Positions 1 to 9,872 of a stretch of 64,000 bases of DNA are shown piece after piece. Position 1 is the stretch's first letter. Each line of letters begins with the position of its first letter. The notes beneath the pieces are model-generated. The model had not been told where the DNA came from and did not search any database. It saw only the letters and a list, made by a program, of their open reading frames with translations. The DNA lies in the NCBI GenBank assembly GCA_963707635.1, contig OY970173.1:800001-864000 (forward strand). Direction: 5' to 3'. The stretch is from Candidatus Latescibacterota bacterium (GTDB lineage Bacteria; Krumholzibacteriota; Krumholzibacteriia; WVZY01; JAKEHA01). The translations under genes and the position numbers were made by a program.

Positions 1-392
1 CGCTGGCGCGGACGGGAGTGAGGCCTGATTGGATGGAACCTTGGATGGAACCCTTCGCCCGTACGATCGACGCGGCAAAGAAGTACGTCGTGTCGAGCAC
101 CCTGGGTCGGGTCGATTGGAACGCGGAGCTCGTGCGCGGGGAAGTGGGGAAGGCCGTTCAGCAGCTCAAGCGGGAGTCGGGCAAGGGACTGTTCGTGGGG
201 GGCGTGAAGCTCCCGCAGGCGTTGGCGGAGCTGGGATTGATCGATGAGTACGAGTTCGTCGTGCATCCTAGGGTAGCGGGCCATGGGCCGACGTTGTTCG
301 CGGGGTTATCGAAGCGTGTCGACTTGAAGCTCGTGAGCCGACTGGAGTTCCGCTCGGGGGTGGTGGCGATGAAGTATAAGCCGCGAAGGTAG
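1..392 (+). CDS. Dihydrofolate reductase/RibD C-terminal family protein (5' partial)
   Basis: KKYVVSSTL, GGVKL..AL.ELGLIDEYEFVVHP..AGHGPTLF motifs; the frame runs off the left edge. Confidence 0.85.
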   Translation, partial: LARTGVRPDWMEPWMEPFARTIDAAKKYVVSSTLGRVDWNAELVRGEVGKAVQQLKRESGKGLFVGGVKLPQALAELGLIDEYEFVVHPRVAGHGPTLFAGLSKRVDLKLVSRLEFRSGVVAMKYKPRR

Positions 393-411
393 CCTTCCAG
401 GAGTCCCAGGC

Positions 412-834
412 ATGACGCTCACCAAAGTTGTTTGCCTCGTTTATGGCCTCTTCGGCATCCTCTATGTCCTCATCGGCGTCGGGTCTATGTTGCTGCCCAC
501 CGGTTGGCTCCCGCAAATCCTGCAAGGCGACTTGGCTCGGGAAGCGTCGAGCCCCTTCGTCGAGCACCTACTCCAAGAATTCGGCACGGTAGTTCTTGCA
601 CTCGGCTTGGTATTTCTCTGGTACGCGCGCGGCAAGGAGCAGAATCCCGGCTTTCACTGGGCAGTGACCTGCTACTTCGCATTGGATGCCTTGATCCATT
701 GGGTCGGCCCCGAAGGGCTGATCGGCTCTTGGTCACGGGGCATCATCAATTCCATTCCGTTTGCGCTAATGCTGTTACTCGGATTGCTTCAGTTGCGGGC
801 GTCAAGGCGAAGAGAGGTGCCGAGTGCCGCCTAA
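412..834 (+). CDS. Small 4-TM membrane protein (cassette gene)
   Basis: AGGAG RBS, four hydrophobic segments, stop codon lies inside GCCTAAC. Confidence 0.75.
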   Translation: MTLTKVVCLVYGLFGILYVLIGVGSMLLPTGWLPQILQGDLAREASSPFVEHLLQEFGTVVLALGLVFLWYARGKEQNPGFHWAVTCYFALDALIHWVGPEGLIGSWSRGIINSIPFALMLLLGLLQLRASRRREVPSAA

Positions 835-870
835 CAAACAGTTGGACGGACCGTGGAACGGTGTCGCGGG
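829..870 (+). mobile_element. attC left-arm remnant
   Basis: GCCTAAC-aaaca-GTTGGAcggac directly at the gene stop; no right arm found. Confidence 0.55.
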
Positions 871-1029
871 CCCACCCATCCAACCTTCATTCCTCCCCTA
901 GGGAAGTAGCAAGATGGCAACGAATCCCTGTTTGTGCGGATACGTTCTGGTGACGTCGCTGGTCATGCCGTACTATTGACGAACTGCCTGTTCGAACTGA
1001 GAACTCGTTTACGCGCGCTCCGTGAGACT

Positions 1030-3667
1030 ATGGCCCTTTCAATCGGAACTCGCCTCGGTCCGTACGAGATCACCGCTGCCCTGGGTGCGGGCGGAATGGG
1101 AGAGGTTTATCGCGGGCGCGATACGAAGCTGAATCGCGACGTCGCGCTGAAGATCCTGCCCGAGCCGTTCGCGTCGGATCCGGAGCGCCTGGCGCGCTTC
1201 CGTCGCGAGGCACAGCTGCTCGCCTCCTTGAATCACCCGCACATCGGCGCGATCTACGGCTTCGAGGAGTCGCAAGGAGTCGGCGCGCTGGTGCTGGAAT
1301 TGGTCGAAGGCACCCACGCTCGCGGATCGGATTGCACGCGGCCCGATTCCTCTCGAAGAAGTCATTCCGATGGCGCGACAGATCACCGACGCATGCGAAG
1401 CGGCGCACGCGCAGGGCATCATTCACCGCGACCTCAAGCCGTCCAACATCAAGCTGCGCCCGGATGGCGAGATCAAAGTTCTCGACTTCGGTTTGGCCAA
1501 AGCCACGGATGCGACACCCGTCACTGGTAACGACGCGTCCCAGTCACCCACCATCACCAGTCCGTCGATGACACGAGCGGGAGTGATCCTGGGGACGGCA
1601 GCATACATGAGTCCCGAGCAAGCGAAGGGTCGCGTCGCCGACCAGCGCAGTGACATCTGGGCGTTCGGGTGCGTGTTGTTCGAGATGCTCACCGGGAATC
1701 GCGTATTCCACGGTGAGGACGTGGCGGAGACACTGGCTGCGGTATTAACGAAGGAGCCCGACTGGACCCTGCTCCCGTCGGATACGCCACTGTCAATCCG
1801 GCGCGTTCTTCGTCGCTGCCTGGCGAGAGACCGGAAACGACGGCTCGCCGACATGGCGGACGTTGGAATCGAGCTCGATGATAGCGTGACCGGAGGCGCG
1901 GAACCCGGAGCGCTTTCTACGTCGCCACATCGATGGATTCCGTGGTCGATCGCGGGCGTGTCTGCCGCCATCGCGCTTTGGCTCGCGGTAAGCACGGTCT
2001 TCGATCGACCGGCCCGCGATACGCGCGTGGTTCGCAGTTCGATTCTGCTTCCGAGTGGGCTGGGAGTGCGCTCGGGCGGCACATCGGGTGCTACCCTCGC
2101 GCTTTCGGCCGACGGCCGGCGCCTGGCGTTCGTCGGCATGGACACGACTGGACACCGCCAGTTGTGGATGCGCACGCTCGACGGTTCCTCGCCCCGGCCA
2201 CTCGCCGACACCGAGGGCGCAAACTCGCCATTCTGGTCGCCCGACGGTCGATGGCTTGCGTTCGTCGCGGACGGGAAACTCAAGAAACTCGATCCATCAG
2301 GGGGTCAGGCCATCACATTGTGCGAGTCGGCCCAGAGTGGTGGTGCCTGGAATCGTGACGACATCATCCTCTTCACGCAGATCAATGGGCCGTTGGCCCA
2401 GGTCCGAGCATCGGGCGGCGCCCCATCGACCGTTACCACGCTTGCAGCCGAAGACTTTCGGCACGCGCATCCGATCTTCTTACCTGACGGCGACCATTTC
2501 GGGTACGTCGCGTTCGGACTCGGGTTTGAGGTGGCCGTCTGCGTCGCCTCGCTGACGTCAAGCGAGCGAACGCAGTTACCCCTGGACGCCGTCTTCGTAC
2601 AGTATGCGCAAGGCTTCCTGCTGTTCGCACAAGGAAGCACGCTCATGGCCCAACGGTTCGACGAGCGGCGCAATGCGCTTGTCGGCGCGGCCGTGCCCGT
2701 TGCGGAGCAACTTCGGGTCGACTATGGCTCGAGAAGCAGACACTTCAGCGTATCAGCCACGGGCGTGCTCGTGTTCCAGGAAGATCCGTCCCCGGGATTC
2801 GATCTCGTTTGGTACGACCGTCAGGGGAGACCAGTTGGGACACTCGGAACCGCGGCCGACTACTCGGATGTGTCGCTCTCGCCCGACGGACGAAGGTTGT
2901 TGGTCTCAATCGCGGAGCCGGGTACGACGAACCGCGATCTGTGGATGTTCGACGTGGCGCGGGATCTCCGTACTCGCTTCACGGTCAGTCCCGAGCAGGA
3001 GACGCACAATATCTGGTCGCCCGACGGCAAACGGATCGCGTACGACTCCTTGCGAAAAGGGCATCGTGACATGTTTCTAAAGGCCTCCGACGGTTCCGGA
3101 GACGAGGAGGTCTTGCTCGAGACCGAGTTCGATGAGAACCCCATGGACTGGTCTCCCGACGGCCGGCTCATCTCATACATCAGGCGAAGTGCCCAAACCG
3201 TGAATATCTGGATGTTGCCACTCGATGGTGATCGGAAACCCTTCCCATTCCGGGAATCATCTTTCTTCGAAATCGGAGGAAGGTTTTCGCGTGACGGGCG
3301 CTGGGTGCTCTACGTCTCGACCGAATCAGGCAGGAGTGAGGTCTACGTCTCGCGGTTTTCTAGGCCGGGTGAGAAGCTGCAAGTCTCGGCGACCGGCGGC
3401 ACCGACGCAAGGTGGGGTCCTGCTGGGAAGGAGATCTTCTACTTGTCGCTCGACGGCAAACTGATGGTTGCCACCGTGTCGACGGACGGCGATCAGTTTC
3501 GTGTCGGCGAGGTGAAGCCAATGTTCGAGCTGCAGAAGATCGGGCCGCGATTCACCTATGATATCTCGCCTGACGGTCAGCGCTTTATTGCCGTGACGCG
3601 GAAATGGGAGTCTGTCTCCGCTCCGCTCGTGCTCGTGGACAACTGGCCGGAACTCCTGGAGCAATGA
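1030..3667 (+). CDS. Ser/Thr protein kinase with TM and C-terminal PD40/TolB-like beta-propeller (frameshift near 1310-1350)
   Basis: LGAGGMGEVY and VALK in one frame; HRDLKPSN, DFGLAK, YMSPEQ and repeated WSPDG in the next. Confidence 0.9.
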
Positions 3668-3780
3668 TCCAGGCACAAAGCGCATGGCACTGGCTTTGAA
3701 GCAGAGGACTCGTGACGAAGGCTGTGAAGGCCGCGCCCTCTCGCTTCCCTAAAGAACCAGCAGAAAGGCAACGAACTGTT

Positions 3781-3834
3781 GTAGTTGGGCTGCGGGCGGG
3801 CAGCAGATCAGAATCGATAGAAGACTAGTTAGGC
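3781..3834 (+). mobile_element. attI-like site, copy A (3' part of conserved element)
   Basis: gtagttgggctgcgggcggg...atcgatagaagactaGTTaggc matches 6536-6588; similarity stops just after GTT (3828). Confidence 0.65.
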
Positions 3835-3864
3835 GTCGGGAACCGGCAATCACGGACTATCTAT

Positions 3865-4281
3865 ATGGCCGAAAACAAGACCAAGCCCACCGACGCTAGC
3901 GTCGAGGACTACATCGCCTCAAGAGCCAACGCGCAGCAATGCACCGACTGCCGGGAGTTGATGGTTCTGCTCAAGAAAGTCACCCGGCACTCACCAAAAA
4001 TGTGGGGACCCAGCATCGTCGGTTATGGCTCCTACCGGTACACCTACGAGAGTGGACGAACTGGGGAATCCCCTTTGGCGGGCTTTGCCATCCGTGGCCG
4101 AGAACTGGTGGTCTACCTGTTGGCTGAAGGAGAGGAGCAAAAATCCTTGCTGTCCAAGCTTGGCAAGCACAAGATGAGCAAGGTTTGCCTGTACTTCAAG
4201 CAGCTTGCTGATCTTGATAGGTCGACGCTCGAAAAGCTTGTCGTCGGTTCGGTCGCGCAGGTAAGGCGGCGCTACGGGTAG
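3865..4281 (+). CDS. DUF1801 (YdhG-like) protein, cassette gene
   Basis: MAENKTKPT...PKMWGPSIVGYG.Y.Y.YESGR; LGKHK..K.CLY. Confidence 0.85.
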   Translation: MAENKTKPTDASVEDYIASRANAQQCTDCRELMVLLKKVTRHSPKMWGPSIVGYGSYRYTYESGRTGESPLAGFAIRGRELVVYLLAEGEEQKSLLSKLGKHKMSKVCLYFKQLADLDRSTLEKLVVGSVAQVRRRYG

Positions 4282-4290
4282 AACGATGGC

Positions 4291-4350
4291 TCCTAACAAG
4301 TCATTCAAGCCGACGCCGCGTCGCGGCGCGGCTTAATTCAGGCGTTGGGC
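4291..4350 (+). mobile_element. Complete 60-bp attC site
   Basis: TCCTAAC aagtcattcaagccgacgccgcgtcgcggcgcggcttaattcaggc GTTGGGC; imperfect palindrome resembling short Xanthomonas/aadB-type attC. Confidence 0.92.
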
Positions 4351-4381
4351 GGACCGGAGGGCGCATGGATCAGGAATCCTG

Positions 4382-4460
4382 ATGGCGGTCCCGGACTACC
4401 AGACGGTAATGCTGCCACTTCTTCGCTTCCTGTGACTCCGACTACTTCAGTGAGGAGTGA
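4382..4460 (+). pseudogene. mrr: Internally deleted Mrr-type restriction endonuclease cassette gene
   Basis: MAVPDYQTVMLPLLRFL (Mrr-like N-terminus) joined directly to DSDYFSEE-stop (Mrr-like C-terminus). Confidence 0.7.
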
Positions 4461-4467
4461 ACACACG

Positions 4468-4492
4468 CCGTCCAACTACAGCATGCAGCGGT
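4468..4492 (+). mobile_element. attC left-arm remnant
   Basis: CCGTCCAAC-tacagcatgcagcgg; complementary to GTTGGGCGG at 4344 with one mismatch. Confidence 0.65.
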
Positions 4493-5220
4493 ACTGGAGG
4501 AGACCATGACCTATCCCCGGTGGGGTTGTAACCGCCATCGCGAGAGCCGCGCGACGCGGCGCCTCTTCATCCGATCTTAGTCGGCGGCGCGCTCGTCCCG
4601 TGGGTTACTGGCGCCTGCGTGAAGCTTTACCGCGACGCGCACGCAGCACGTGGACGTGGCCCTGGTCGGCGTTCCTCGGTCCGGGAAGGCTCGGACTTGG
4701 GCTCTTCTTAGCAGCCATTTCGGCGCTCCCCATGCAGCGTTCGCGAGCATCGCGCGGGACCATTCCCACGGGAAGCCTCCATTCCTCGGCAGTGTAGACA
4801 TGCGGAGGCGGCGGGCGGTGGTAAGTTGCAGTCTGGTTGGCGGGTGGATAGTATCGGCACGGTTCTTCTGGTCCCTGTTTTGGGATTTCCAAGAGATGTC
4901 GCTGGTCGCCGGCGCGCCGTTTCTAATTTTCTACGTTGGGATGGCATGATTGCGGGGTGAGACGCGCCGGGATGGCGGTGTGCACCCACGTTGTTTTCGC
5001 CCGGCGGCGCCACGATTGATGCCGCGGCGGGGTCACCGGGAGTTGCTGCCTAACGGGGCGAAGCCAGGGACAAAGCTTGGTTGGCGGGCACTGCATGTCC
5101 CCCTGCCCGGCAAGCGGCAGGCCGTACAATCTAATGGAGCCGATCGAAACTGGCCGCCTCATGGGGCCGAGGCTCCCGACGGCTACCGAGCGATCAACGA
5201 GCACGACCAGTCGCCCAGAA

Positions 5221-5707
5221 TTACTTCATCGCGTTTACGTGCTCCACGAACTGATCGACGGCGATCTCGGCGCCCAGGTAGAAGCCCAATGCCTTGTTCG
5301 TTTCGAGGTCCTCGTCATTGCGGTGCAGCGCCGTGAAGACGTAGTGAGTGCAGTCTCGCGGTTACCATAGTCACGATGGCAGTGATCGAGATGTCGTTAA
5401 AGACAGCCGGGCGATAGCCGGGGAACAACATCGAGATCCAGACCAGTTACTTTCATGGGAATAACGTCCAGGAAACAGCCGAGGTTGGGAATCCTGCACG
5501 TCTCCCTGTGGCCATGTCGATGCTGAAGATGCCGCCCGGTCGCACGTCCATTTCGGCTCGCGACACACGCCCCCCGGGCTTAGGCATATACCACTCCTTG
5601 AGATGCTCCGGTTTCGTCAACGCTTCCCAGACGAGCCGCTTGGGAGCGTCGATCAACCGTTGAATGGCGGAATCAAGTTTCGGATCGATCGTGAATTGCT
5701 TGTTCAT
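5221..5707 (-). pseudogene. SRPBCC/AHSA1-like protein, frameshifted
   Basis: RLIDAPKRLVWEALTKPEHLKEWYMP...DVRPGG; C-terminal part (FTALHRNDED...VEHVNAMK) lies in another frame. Confidence 0.75.
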
Positions 5708-6064
5708 GATTTTGATTCCTTCTCCTTGAGTTGTTTGACGTATTGGTCGAACCGGTCCAGTCGCGCTTCCCACAACTGACGACGCGCGGTCAGCCAGTCT
5801 TCAACGACCTTGCAACCGTCCGGGTGCGATCTCATACGTCCGCACCCGCCCGCGCTTTTTCGACCGCACCAGTCGGCTCTGTTCGAGCACCGAGAGGTGC
5901 TGCACGAACGATGGAAGTTGCATGTCGAACGGCGCCGCCAGTTCGGTGACGGTGGCTGGTCCGACAGACAGTCGCTCCAAAACTTTCCGCCGAGTCGGGT
6001 TGGCCAAGGCGTAAAACACGTCGTCAGCGGCTGAAGGATTGAACCATTTCCGATACCATCCCAT
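5704..6064 (-). CDS. ArsR-family regulator (frameshift near 5810)
   Basis: DDVFYALANPTRR..L..L..GPATVTELAAPFDM.LPSF.QHL.VLE, then WL..RRQLWEARLDR in the adjacent frame. Confidence 0.85.
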
Positions 6065-6088
6065 GCCTGTGTTTCTGATCTGACCGGG

Positions 6089-6132
6089 GAAGTATAGAGC
6101 CATAGAATACTTCTGTCAATACCTAAGTATTG
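6089..6132 (-). promoter_or_regulatory. Sigma70 promoter with overlapping palindromes for the ArsR-SRPBCC pair
   Basis: TTGACA(6119-6114)-17 bp-TATACT(6096-6091); GAAGTAT-N11-ATACTTC and CAATAC-ctaa-GTATTG. Confidence 0.7.
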
Positions 6133-6283
6133 TCTTGAAGCGCCAACCTTCGCACGGAGACAAGAAGTCCGGCGAAGGCGGTTGCCCTTACATCGACTCG
6201 ACTGCGCGCGTGTGGCGAGCGTTCGATCTGCGCCAACGAACGCTGAAGCTGACGAACGATTTTCGGAATTGCGCGCGGCTGGT

Positions 6284-6427
6284 TTTGCGACGCACTTGCT
6301 GGAGTCCGGCACGGACATCCGGACGATCCAGGCACTGCTGGGGCACCGGGACGTGACGACGACGATGATCTACACGCACGTTCTGAACAAGGGCGGGCTC
6401 GGCGTGAAGAGCCCGTTGGACCGGTGA
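6284..6427 (+). pseudogene. intI: Integron integrase C-terminal fragment
   Basis: [51 protein letters not shown]; upstream sequence is not integrase-like. Confidence 0.9.
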
Positions 6428-6588
6428 TGTTGAATGCCACGCAGCGCTTATCTTGTTAGGCAGCAGGTTACGCAGTACAATCTACAGACTGCGCGCCGAA
6501 TCGACAACCCGGTCGAATGTAATGACGCAGCCTACGTAGTTGGGCTGCGGGCGGGCGGTAAACAAGATCGATAGAAGACTAGTTGGAC
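6428..6588 (+). mobile_element. Pc-like promoter plus attI-like site, copy B
   Basis: TTGTTA(6453)-17 bp-TACAAT(6476); ends gactaGTTGGAC(6582); colinear with 14832-14992. Confidence 0.7.
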
Positions 6589-6660
6589 GGCCAATGGGGG
6601 ATCGATGACTTCATCTAGGAGCGGCTCAGACTCTATTTCCAAGTACGATGGAGGACCATC

Positions 6661-7146
6661 ATGACGAAGATCACAAAGAACACGATTTGCCTCTGGTACG
6701 AATGCGATGGCGAGGAGGCGGCGCGATTCTATGCCAAGACCTTTCCCGATTCGTCCGTCGGCGCGGTGCATCGCGCGCCGGGCGACTTTCCGTCGGGCAA
6801 GCAAGGGGACGTATTGACAGTCGAGTTCTCCGTGATGGGTATTCCGTGCCTGGGGCTGAACGGTGGGCCCGCGTTCAAGCACAATGAATCGTTCTCGTTC
6901 CAGGTTGCCACGGAGGATCAGGCCGAAACCGATCGATATTGGAATGCGATCGTAGGCAACGGCGGCCAAGAGAGCGAGTGCGGTTGGTGCAAGGACAAGT
7001 GGGGTGTCTCCTGGCAAATTACGCCAATTGCGTTGATCAAGGCGTATACCAGCCCCGATCTCTCCGCCGCCAAGCGAGCATTCGATGCAATGATGACGAT
7101 GAAGAAAATAGACATCGCCGTGATCAAGGCGGCGGTTCGTGGCTAG
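6661..7146 (+). CDS. VOC/PhnB-like (3-demethylubiquinone-9 3-methyltransferase family) protein
   Basis: CLW...EEAARFY, LNGGPAF, CGWCKDKWGVSWQI, MKKIDIA. Confidence 0.9.
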   Translation: MTKITKNTICLWYECDGEEAARFYAKTFPDSSVGAVHRAPGDFPSGKQGDVLTVEFSVMGIPCLGLNGGPAFKHNESFSFQVATEDQAETDRYWNAIVGNGGQESECGWCKDKWGVSWQITPIALIKAYTSPDLSAAKRAFDAMMTMKKIDIAVIKAAVRG

Positions 7147-7173
7147 AAGCCGACTGGAGTGGAGGTGTTGGGT

Positions 7174-7653
7174 ATGAATAGCGAACTACAGCGACTCGAG
7201 GAGCAACTGCGCCGCTCGTTGGAGGGTGGGGCCTGGCATGGCCCGGCGGTCCTGGAGGTGCTCGAGGACGTCTCGCCTGAGCAGGCCGATGCGCATCCGA
7301 TAGCCGGCGCACACAGCATTTGGGAATTGGTGCTTCATTTGGCGAGCGATTATCGTTTGGTCTTGCGGCGTCTGAATGGCGATGGCGCGCAACTAACGCC
7401 AGACGAGGATTGGCCGGCGGTGCCGCCCCCTACCCAGGAGAATTGGAGCGACACCATTCAACGCCTTCGTCAGTTGAGTCAGGACCTCAGGCGGGCTGTG
7501 CTTAACTTCTCCCCGGACCGTTTGGACGAACCCCTCGTTCCGGAGTCTCCCTACACCGCCTACGTTCAGTTCATCGGTGTCACGCAGCACGCGTTGTATC
7601 ACACCGGCCAGGTGGCCGTTCTCAAGCGCGCGCTACGCCCCGCACATGGATGA
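7174..7653 (+). CDS. DinB family protein
   Basis: AWHGP, HSIWELVLHL, QH..YH.GQ. Confidence 0.85.
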   Translation: MNSELQRLEEQLRRSLEGGAWHGPAVLEVLEDVSPEQADAHPIAGAHSIWELVLHLASDYRLVLRRLNGDGAQLTPDEDWPAVPPPTQENWSDTIQRLRQLSQDLRRAVLNFSPDRLDEPLVPESPYTAYVQFIGVTQHALYHTGQVAVLKRALRPAHG

Positions 7654-7852
7654 CCGGTCTTCGCACACTTGACGAGCGGTTCTGCACGGGCTCCGGGCGG
7701 GCGGTACTCGCGGAAGCAGGAAACCAGGTGGAAGATGCGAGTGTTGAACGCCCTCTTTCTGCGGCGTCTCATGGCACGCAGGGCATTGCGTACCATTGAG
7801 GGCGTGAGGCGCCTGGCAGAAGCGACCTAGACCATGCGCCTCTGTAACCACA

Positions 7853-7876
7853 GGCCGCCCAACAACGGCATGCAGG
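7853..7876 (+). mobile_element. attC left-arm remnant
   Basis: GGCCGCCCAAC-aacggcatgcag; matches the reverse complement of GTTGGACGGCC at 6582 at 10/11 positions. Confidence 0.6.
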
Positions 7877-7898
7877 AATGGCGCCTAATCGAGCCCGA

Positions 7899-8609
7899 TC
7901 AATGAGCCGAAGCGGACCCGACGACCAGGCCCTGGTTCGGCACCCACTTGTCGTATTCCATGTACTTCGCGGTGCCGAGTGCCGCTTCCTCTCCGTAGAG
8001 GCGTGAAACCAGGTGAAGAGCGCCGTCGATCCCGGCGGAGACCCCCGCCGTCGTAACGATCTGTCCGTTGTCCACGTAGCGCGTTCCGGTGTGGATCTTC
8101 GTTTTCGGTGCCGCTTTCTTCAGGTCGTCGACTTTGCCGTACCAGGTCGTGGCCTCCCGGCCGTCCAGCAGACCCGCCTTGGCAAGGATGAACGCACCCG
8201 TACATACCGACATCAGGATGGCGGACTCCTTGGCCGCGGACTGCGTCCAGGCGATCACCTTGGGGTTGCTGACGGACGATCCCGTGCTGCCCCCGGGTAA
8301 GACGATGATGTCGGGCTTGGGGCAATTCTCGATCGTGTACTGCGGCACGATCGTGATGAACCTCTGACTGATCACTGAGCCAGGGGCGGCCGCGACAGTG
8401 TAGACATTGAACGGCGAGATGTCTTCATCGCCCACACGCACCTCCGTCGATTCAAATACCTCCGCCGGACCTCCGAAATCGAGAATCTCGACACCCTCGA
8501 AGACGAATATCGCCACGTTCATCTTCTTCGTCTTTCCCTCCCCGGCCTGCGCCAGTACGCTCCCGACCGAAATCGCGAGAATCCCTAACGATACCAGGAT
8601 CGTTCGCAT
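7899..8609 (-). CDS. DJ-1/PfpI family protein with signal peptide
   Basis: EILDFGGPAEVF, SVCTGAF.LA.AGLLDG, TTAGVSAGID; AGGAGG RBS. Confidence 0.9.
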   Translation of the reverse strand: MRTILVSLGILAISVGSVLAQAGEGKTKKMNVAIFVFEGVEILDFGGPAEVFESTEVRVGDEDISPFNVYTVAAAPGSVISQRFITIVPQYTIENCPKPDIIVLPGGSTGSSVSNPKVIAWTQSAAKESAILMSVCTGAFILAKAGLLDGREATTWYGKVDDLKKAAPKTKIHTGTRYVDNGQIVTTAGVSAGIDGALHLVSRLYGEEAALGTAKYMEYDKWVPNQGLVVGSASAH

Positions 8610-8768
8610 GCTTCCTCCTTATGGACCAGATTGAGCCTGCCTGGACTTGTATACGTGGGGGCGAGCGCTCAGTTTCGGTTGCTGGGGGAAATTCATTTTA
8701 CACACTCACCCATGCGGGTACCACGGGTCGTCGATCAAACAGTCCAGTGCTCGCCGCTATTGATTCCT

Positions 8769-9872
8769 TCATTCTGACTCTACGGACATTGCTCTTGACG
8801 TGGGAGCCCTGTTCTCAAATCGAAACCAGTGCCGGGTACGGTTGCACGCCGAACAAACGGAGAGCATCACCGGCACTTCGACCAGTACGCCGACCACAGT
8901 TGCAAGCGCGGCGCCTGAGTCGGGTCCGAAAAGCGTGATGGCCACGGCGACCGCGAGCTCAAAGAAGTTGCTGGCGCCGATCAGCGCGCCGGGTGCCGCG
9001 ATCGAATGGGCGATCCGGAACCGGCGCATCAGCAGATATGTGAGTCCGGCGTTGAAATACACCTGAATTGTGATCGGCACGGCGATCAGGAGCACGTGGA
9101 ACCAGCGACTTGTTATGTTGTCCGCCTGGAATGCGAAGATGAGCACCAGCGTGGCGAGCAGCGCGACCGTCGTCACCGGGTGGAACGCGGGCAGGTAGAC
9201 GCGTTCGAACCACTCGCGCCCCTTGGACCGGATGAGCAGCACGCGGCTCAGGCTCCCGAGCACGAGTGGAATCACGATGAACGCCACCACGCTGTAGAGG
9301 AGCACCGCGAAGGGGACCCGCAGGCTGCTCGCACCGGCCACGAGCAGGCCCACGATCGGGGCGAACAGCACCAGCATGATGAGGTCGTTGAGCGACACCT
9401 GCACCAGCGTATACGCCGGATCGCCGTCGGTGAGATACGACCATACGAATACCATCGCGGTGCACGGCGCCGCGGCCAGAATAATCGTCCCGGCGACGTA
9501 CTGGTCTGCCAGCTCCGGCCCGATCCACGGCGCGAAGAGGTGCTTGAAGAAGACCCAGCCGAGCAGGGCCATCGAGAACGGTTTGACCAGCCAGTTGACG
9601 AAGAGCGTGACGAGGATGCCGCCCGGACGGCGGCGCACACCCATGATGCTCGCGAGATCGATCTTGAGCATCATCGGGTAGATCATGAGCCAGATCAGCA
9701 CGGCGATCGGCAGGTTGATCTGGCTTCCCGTCCCGAACTCGAGGCTTCGCAACGCAGCCACCAGCCCGGGAGCGACCTTTCCGAGCGCCACTCCTGCCAG
9801 CATGCACAACCCAACCCACAGGGTCAGGTAGCGCTCGAACACGCTGAGCCGTTTCCCCGCAGCCTCAATCAT
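8769..9872 (-). CDS. acr3: Acr3-family arsenite efflux transporter
   Basis: FERYLTLWV, LIWLMIYPMM, NWLVKPF, APCTAMVFVWS, GASNFFELAVA, GVLVEVPVML. Confidence 0.95.
   Translation of the reverse strand: MIEAAGKRLSVFERYLTLWVGLCMLAGVALGKVAPGLVAALRSLEFGTGSQINLPIAVLIWLMIYPMMLKIDLASIMGVRRRPGGILVTLFVNWLVKPFSMALLGWVFFKHLFAPWIGPELADQYVAGTIILAAAPCTAMVFVWSYLTDGDPAYTLVQVSLNDLIMLVLFAPIVGLLVAGASSLRVPFAVLLYSVVAFIVIPLVLGSLSRVLLIRSKGREWFERVYLPAFHPVTTVALLATLVLIFAFQADNITSRWFHVLLIAVPITIQVYFNAGLTYLLMRRFRIAHSIAAPGALIGASNFFELAVAVAITLFGPDSGAALATVVGVLVEVPVMLSVCSACNRTRHWFRFENRAPTSRAMSVESE

Noticed and set aside
3685..3700. Sigma54-like TGGCAC-N5-TTGA
   Set aside because: The -12 element deviates and nothing else supports it
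4506..5200. Short overlapping ORFs after the mrr remnant
   Set aside because: An RBS and ATG exist at 4506 but the frame closes quickly; probably a decayed gene with no assignable family
6182..6283. 5' part of the 81-aa ORF as a real integrase start
   Set aside because: The sequence before FATHLLE is not integrase-like; the expected HxLRHS motif is missing
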